Below are positions 59,908 to 64,000 of a DNA stretch of 64,000 nucleotides, one piece after another (positions within the stretch are counted from its first letter, which is position 1; each line of letters begins with the position of its first letter). The notes beneath the pieces were generated by a model, which was given only the letters and a program-made list of their open reading frames with translations, was not told where the DNA came from and made no database searches. The translations under genes were made by a program, and so were the position numbers. The stretch covers positions 992,001 to 1,056,000 of the forward strand of contig OY761611.1 of assembly GCA_963664875.1 (NCBI GenBank), written 5' to 3'. The DNA comes from Candidatus Kapaibacterium sp. Its GTDB lineage: Bacteria; Bacteroidota; Ignavibacteria; Kapaibacteriales; UBA2268.

Positions 59908-60297
59908 TTAACGTTTTGAGAACTGGAAGCGTTTACGGGCTTTTTTCTGTCCGTATTTTTTACGTTCTACCATTCTCGGGTCACGAGTAAGCATACCTGC
60001 TTGGCGTAATTTCGGACGTAATTCTTCGTCTGATTCTACCAAACAGCGTGCGATACCAAGCTGAATAGCTCCGGTTTGACCGCTTTTACCGCCGCCTTTG
60101 ACTATAACAAAGATGTCAAAATTGCCGTTGGTTTTTGTTACTTCCATTGGACGGATCGCGTTGTTTCTCCAAACTTCTACAGGTAGATAATCGTGCAATT
60201 CACGATCATTGATAGAAACTTTTCCACTACCCGGAGAAACCAAACGAACTTGAGCAACAGCGTCTTTCCTTCTTCCGACTGCTCTGTAAACTTTCAT
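59908..60297 (-). CDS. rpsI: 30S ribosomal protein S9
   Basis: GRRKDAVA, GGGKSGQ, LTRDPRMVERKKYG..QFSKR. Confidence 0.99.
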   Translation of the reverse strand: MKVYRAVGRRKDAVAQVRLVSPGSGKVSINDRELHDYLPVEVWRNNAIRPMEVTKTNGNFDIFVIVKGGGKSGQTGAIQLGIARCLVESDEELRPKLRQAGMLTRDPRMVERKKYGQKKARKRFQFSKR

Positions 60298-60316
60298 TTA
60301 AATCTCCAAATACTAA

Positions 60317-60763
60317 TTATTTAACCTCAAATACTTTTGGCTGCTGAGCCACGTGCGGATGTTCACTTCCGGTATATACTTTCAATTTTCTAAAGATTTG
60401 TCTGCCTAAGCGGTTTTTTGGAAGCATACCTTTGATTGCATGTTCCATTACCAACTCAGGATGAGTTATCAATAGTTCTTTAAAAGATTTGATTTTTACA
60501 CCACCAGGATAGCCGGTATGTTTGAAATATTCTTTCATTTCGGCTCTTTTACCTTGCAATACCACTTTTTCTGCGTTTGTGATTACTACAAAGTCTCCTG
60601 TGTCAATGTGTGGAGTAAACCACGGTTTGTGTTTTCCGCGTAGAAGACTTGCAACTTGTGTCGCAAGACGTCCTACTGTAAGACCGGTAGCATCAATTAC
60701 CCACCAGTCTCTTTGTACGTCTTCTTTACGCACTGATTTTGTAAATTTGGCTGACGTTTCCAC
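60317..60763 (-). CDS. rplM: 50S ribosomal protein L13
   Basis: WWVIDA..GRLA..LRGKHKP.FTPH.DTGD, KGMLPKN, HVAQQP; GTG start. Confidence 0.99.
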   Translation of the reverse strand: METSAKFTKSVRKEDVQRDWWVIDATGLTVGRLATQVASLLRGKHKPWFTPHIDTGDFVVITNAEKVVLQGKRAEMKEYFKHTGYPGGVKIKSFKELLITHPELVMEHAIKGMLPKNRLGRQIFRKLKVYTGSEHPHVAQQPKVFEVK

Positions 60764-60810
60764 TTACAACTCCTAATATTGTATTAATGGATTGATACTA
60801 AATACAGATT

Positions 60811-60843
60811 ACAAAAATACCAATTACTTCTATCTTTGCCAAA
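60811..60843 (-). promoter_or_regulatory. Promoter of the rplM cluster
   Basis: Minus strand TTTG-N20-TATTTTTG, the Bacteroidota -33/-7 consensus. Confidence 0.6.
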
Positions 60844-60863
60844 TATTTAGCAAAAAAACTTTA

Positions 60864-62759
60864 CTAACTTGTCCTGCCGAACCTTTTGTCCAACTCTTTT
60901 AGCGTGAAATCAAGTATCACAGGGCGTCCGTGCGGGCATACATAAGGCATATCGCACTTAAGTATATCATTTGCAAGTGCTTTCATTTCTGCTATAGATA
61001 GTTTTTTGCCTGTTTTTATTGCAGATTTGCAGCTAAATGAAGCTGCTATATTCTCTCTTTTTTCTGTATGTTTTATTTTTTGATTTTCTTCGTATTCTGT
61101 GATTATTTCCATCAAGGCACTCTCCTCGCTACCATTAGATATATCTGTCGGTATTGCCTTAAGGATTATTTTGTTGCCTTCCTGTTCGAAATCAAACCCT
61201 ATATCATAAAGCTCTGCTCTTATCTCTTCCAGCAAAGCTTTCTGGGATACTGATACATTTATTGCAACCGGGAAAAGCAATGTTTGCGAACTACGAAACT
61301 CTTTATTCATCATTTTTATTGCTTTTTCGAACAACACTCTTTCGTGAGCATTATGCTGGTCTATAATTAGCATTCCTTTTTCGGTTTGCATCAGTATATA
61401 CTTATTATGTAGCTGCCAATAGCTGATTGAACTATCATCACCCATAGAGCCGTTTATCGAATTTATCGGAGCCGCAACTTTTCGCCTGTCCGGATTGAAT
61501 AGCATATCAAAAGCACTCACCTCGCTATTTACTTCTTCTTTGGGAGCGCTAATGCCATCAAATAATCTATCGCTTCCTTTGGGATAATCTTTGGGATTGT
61601 ACTTTTCCGTGAAGTTTTGCTGCCTCATCTCAAATTGCCTTACAGGAGTCTGCTCTATCAGCTCTCCCGTAATTTTATTTACGATGAAAGAATCACCGCT
61701 TTGGTCATCAGAGCTAAGCTCAAAAGGGCTATTGACCTGATGTCTGATTAGTTCAATAGCAGGAGTCAAATCATATTCCTGCAATCCCATTGTTACTGCT
61801 TTTCGTAGTGTATTATAAATAAGTCTTTCGTCTTCGAATTTGACTTCATGTTTTTGCGGATGCACATTTATATCTATCTGCTCAGGGTCTATTTCTAAAT
61901 TTAAAATAAAAAGAGGTTTATGGTTCTTTTCCAATAGATGCTCAAATGATGCAAATATAGCATGAGAAAGTGACTTGCTTTGGATAGCTCTGCCGTTCAA
62001 AAATAAATGCTGACCCGAACTCGAATTCCTTGCAAGGTGAGGCTGACCAACATATCCCCATATTTTTATAAATTCGTTTTCAAAATTAACCTTAATCAGC
62101 GAGCCGGCTACAGTATTTCCTAAAAGATGCGCTATACGCTCTTCCAAACCTGATGGATGAACATCAAATATAAGATTGTCTCCATCGTAGAATGTAAATC
62201 TTAAATTGGGATGTGATAGTGCAAATTTCATCATAGTATCTGAGATATACCTAAACTCTGTGATGTTTGCTTTTAAAAATTTCCTTCTGGCAGGAACATT
62301 GTAAAACAAATTCCTGACAAATATCTGTGTACCTTTGTCTGTGTTTTCAGGAGTAATTTGTTCTTCTTTATTAGGCTCTGCTACTAATTTCCAGCCTAAC
62401 TTCTCCCCTTCTTGTTTTGTTCGTATTTCTAACTGAGCGACTGCACTAATAGATGCCAATGCTTCCCCTCTGAAACCAAAGGACATAATTCTTTCGAGGT
62501 CTTCTTGAGTCGAGATTTTGCTGGTAGCATGCCTTTTTACAGACATTTTCAAGTCATCGCGAGACATCCCTTTGCCGTTATCTACTATATGTATCAATTG
62601 CTTGCCGGAATTTTTCACAACAACTGCCACATGCCCCGCCCCGGCATCAATGGAGTTTTCGACCAACTCTTTTACCACTGATTCAGGTCTTTGGACTACC
62701 TCGCCGGCTGCTATTTGGTTAGCTAAAAATTCCGGAAGTAATTTTATTTCGTTTGCCAT
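60864..62759 (-). CDS. mutL: DNA mismatch repair protein MutL
   Basis: NQIAAGEVV, KELVENSIDAG, RHATSK, GFRGEAL, DQHNAHER, SCK, CPHGRP endonuclease motifs; ATG 62759. Confidence 0.98.
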   Translation of the reverse strand: MANEIKLLPEFLANQIAAGEVVQRPESVVKELVENSIDAGAGHVAVVVKNSGKQLIHIVDNGKGMSRDDLKMSVKRHATSKISTQEDLERIMSFGFRGEALASISAVAQLEIRTKQEGEKLGWKLVAEPNKEEQITPENTDKGTQIFVRNLFYNVPARRKFLKANITEFRYISDTMMKFALSHPNLRFTFYDGDNLIFDVHPSGLEERIAHLLGNTVAGSLIKVNFENEFIKIWGYVGQPHLARNSSSGQHLFLNGRAIQSKSLSHAIFASFEHLLEKNHKPLFILNLEIDPEQIDINVHPQKHEVKFEDERLIYNTLRKAVTMGLQEYDLTPAIELIRHQVNSPFELSSDDQSGDSFIVNKITGELIEQTPVRQFEMRQQNFTEKYNPKDYPKGSDRLFDGISAPKEEVNSEVSAFDMLFNPDRRKVAAPINSINGSMGDDSSISYWQLHNKYILMQTEKGMLIIDQHNAHERVLFEKAIKMMNKEFRSSQTLLFPVAINVSVSQKALLEEIRAELYDIGFDFEQEGNKIILKAIPTDISNGSEESALMEIITEYEENQKIKHTEKRENIAASFSCKSAIKTGKKLSIAEMKALANDILKCDMPYVCPHGRPVILDFTLKELDKRFGRTS

Positions 62760-62865
62760 ATATCTAAATTTAAAGTTTATCAAATCCAAGATAATAATTA
62801 TATTCTTTTTGTCGCAAATTGTCAAACCTCATTTTGTATTGTTGATAACTTTTAAGGACTTTATT

Positions 62866-63117
62866 ATGGAATTGACAGATCTTCCGAATATTTCTAAAGT
62901 ACTTAGCTCCCAGTTAAAAGAAATTGGCATTGAAACAGCAGAACAGTTTATTGAAATAGGAACAGAAAAAGTAATTTTAAAACTTACCAGTGCAGGTATA
63001 GATGTTTGCATCAATAAAGCGTATGCTATAGAAGGTGCAATGCAGGGAATCCGGTGGCACGGATTAAGTAAAGAAGATAAGGCAGTGGTAAAAGAGATAT
63101 TGGGAAAATGTAAGTAA
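62866..63117 (+). CDS. TfoX/Sxy C-terminal-domain protein
   Basis: LTDLPNI....LKEIGI, YAIEGAMQGIRWH; the real start is ATG 62866 after AAGGA (the ORF-track extension overlaps mutL). Confidence 0.88.
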   Translation: MELTDLPNISKVLSSQLKEIGIETAEQFIEIGTEKVILKLTSAGIDVCINKAYAIEGAMQGIRWHGLSKEDKAVVKEILGKCK

Positions 63118-63255
63118 ATTCCAATTTATTTATAATTATATTTTGTATAAGAACATAAAGTATTTATATTACATTTTTAATTAGTATTTGTTATAAATAT
63201 ACAATACTTGTTATTGCAATTAATAGTTGTGTTCTTCAAATTCAAAAGAATAATC

Positions 63256-64000
63256 ATGAACATTTTACAAAACCTATTATTTATACTATGTTTTCAATTC
63301 CTTTTAGCTTCTTCTGTACTTGCCGACCAAAAATATGTAATGAAATCAGGAGAAGAATATTATGGTGAAAAAATCGATGAGACCTCAGAGATATTAGTAA
63401 TAAAAGAATCTCTCTCAGGTACGATTTTAAAAATACCTAAAGAAATCATACTATCGTCTCATGAATCATTTGTAGAAATCACCACAAGAGACGGATATCG
63501 TACTCAAGGTATGCTAATCGAAAGCACTGAAGACTTCCTCAAGATTAAGAATAAAAAAGGTATCATATTTGAGATTAGAAAATCAAATATTTTGGAATTC
63601 AATCATCTGGATGAAAATAATTTAGATAATTTAGATGATAGGACTTTTATTGGTGAATTAGGTGATGAGTTTGCGATGGCAGGATTCAGCTTAGGAACAC
63701 CGGGCATGGTTAACTTAGTCCTCGGTTATCATTTTGACTGGTTTACGACAAAAGCGCATGGTGGAACAAACGGAGTTTTTTCAGGTGTTCAATTTGGCTT
63801 ACTATTTAATATTTATGAGACAGATGATAATTCCTTTAGCATTGGTTTAGGTGTAGCGACAGGCTTCTGGTGGGAATCGGAAAAAGAGTTGGTTGTTGAC
63901 GAGTATAATTACGGGAGTTCCGGAGAAGCTGTTCAGCTGTTAAAAGAAGATATGCGGGTAACTGATAAATATTATTACATGGGTTCAAGTATATATGTCA
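63256..64000 (+). CDS. Exported hypothetical protein, probable outer-membrane protein (partial, runs off the window)
   Basis: Open frame MNILQNLLFILCFQFLLASSVLA-DQKY...; two similar small beta domains, then amphipathic strands (GFSLGTPGMVNLVLGYHF). Confidence 0.7.
   Translation, partial: MNILQNLLFILCFQFLLASSVLADQKYVMKSGEEYYGEKIDETSEILVIKESLSGTILKIPKEIILSSHESFVEITTRDGYRTQGMLIESTEDFLKIKNKKGIIFEIRKSNILEFNHLDENNLDNLDDRTFIGELGDEFAMAGFSLGTPGMVNLVLGYHFDWFTTKAHGGTNGVFSGVQFGLLFNIYETDDNSFSIGLGVATGFWWESEKELVVDEYNYGSSGEAVQLLKEDMRVTDKYYYMGSSIYV

Noticed and set aside
62518-62865. N-terminal extension of the TfoX ORF
   Set aside because: Overlaps mutL on the opposite strand; the domain starts at ATG 62866 with its own RBS

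Overview
Core-chromosome segment of an AT-rich diderm bacterium, most likely of the Bacteroidota/Chlorobiota/Ignavibacteria/Kapabacteria lineage (inference from the Bacteroidota-type RpoZ, a PorV/PorQ-family gene, several TAnnTTTG promoter elements and the rplM-rpsI-rpsB-tsf-pyrH-frr order). It holds about 55 CDS: an RsbU/RsbV/RsbW partner-switching module, ccmC-ccmD, hemerythrin, speB, a polar amino-acid ABC transporter, exported LRR, WD40 and TPR repeat proteins, ppk1, rpoZ, secA, an S9 peptidase, a DUF2023-flavodoxin-CbiX lipoprotein-PepSY-TM cluster, pyrG, a 9-gene Rrf2-SUF operon, parAB, xseB, rsmI, tadA, two sensor-less histidine kinases, an ATP-grasp/M20 fusion, tRNA-Val(GAC), the rplM-frr cluster with an S2 leader, mutL and tfoX. 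I saw no CRISPR array, rRNA, prophage, transposase or defence system. The best candidates for undescribed biology are: (i) the putative iron-acquisition operon with an exported CbiX-type chelatase and an internal structured RNA; (ii) a 196-bp MITE-like element enclosing a REP doublet with compensatory base changes; (iii) a Ddl-like ATP-grasp ligase fused to an apparently inactive M20 peptidase; (iv) a CcmC with a CcmE-like inserted domain; (v) a PaaE-like reductase inside the SUF operon. All family calls come from reading motifs by eye, without database searches.
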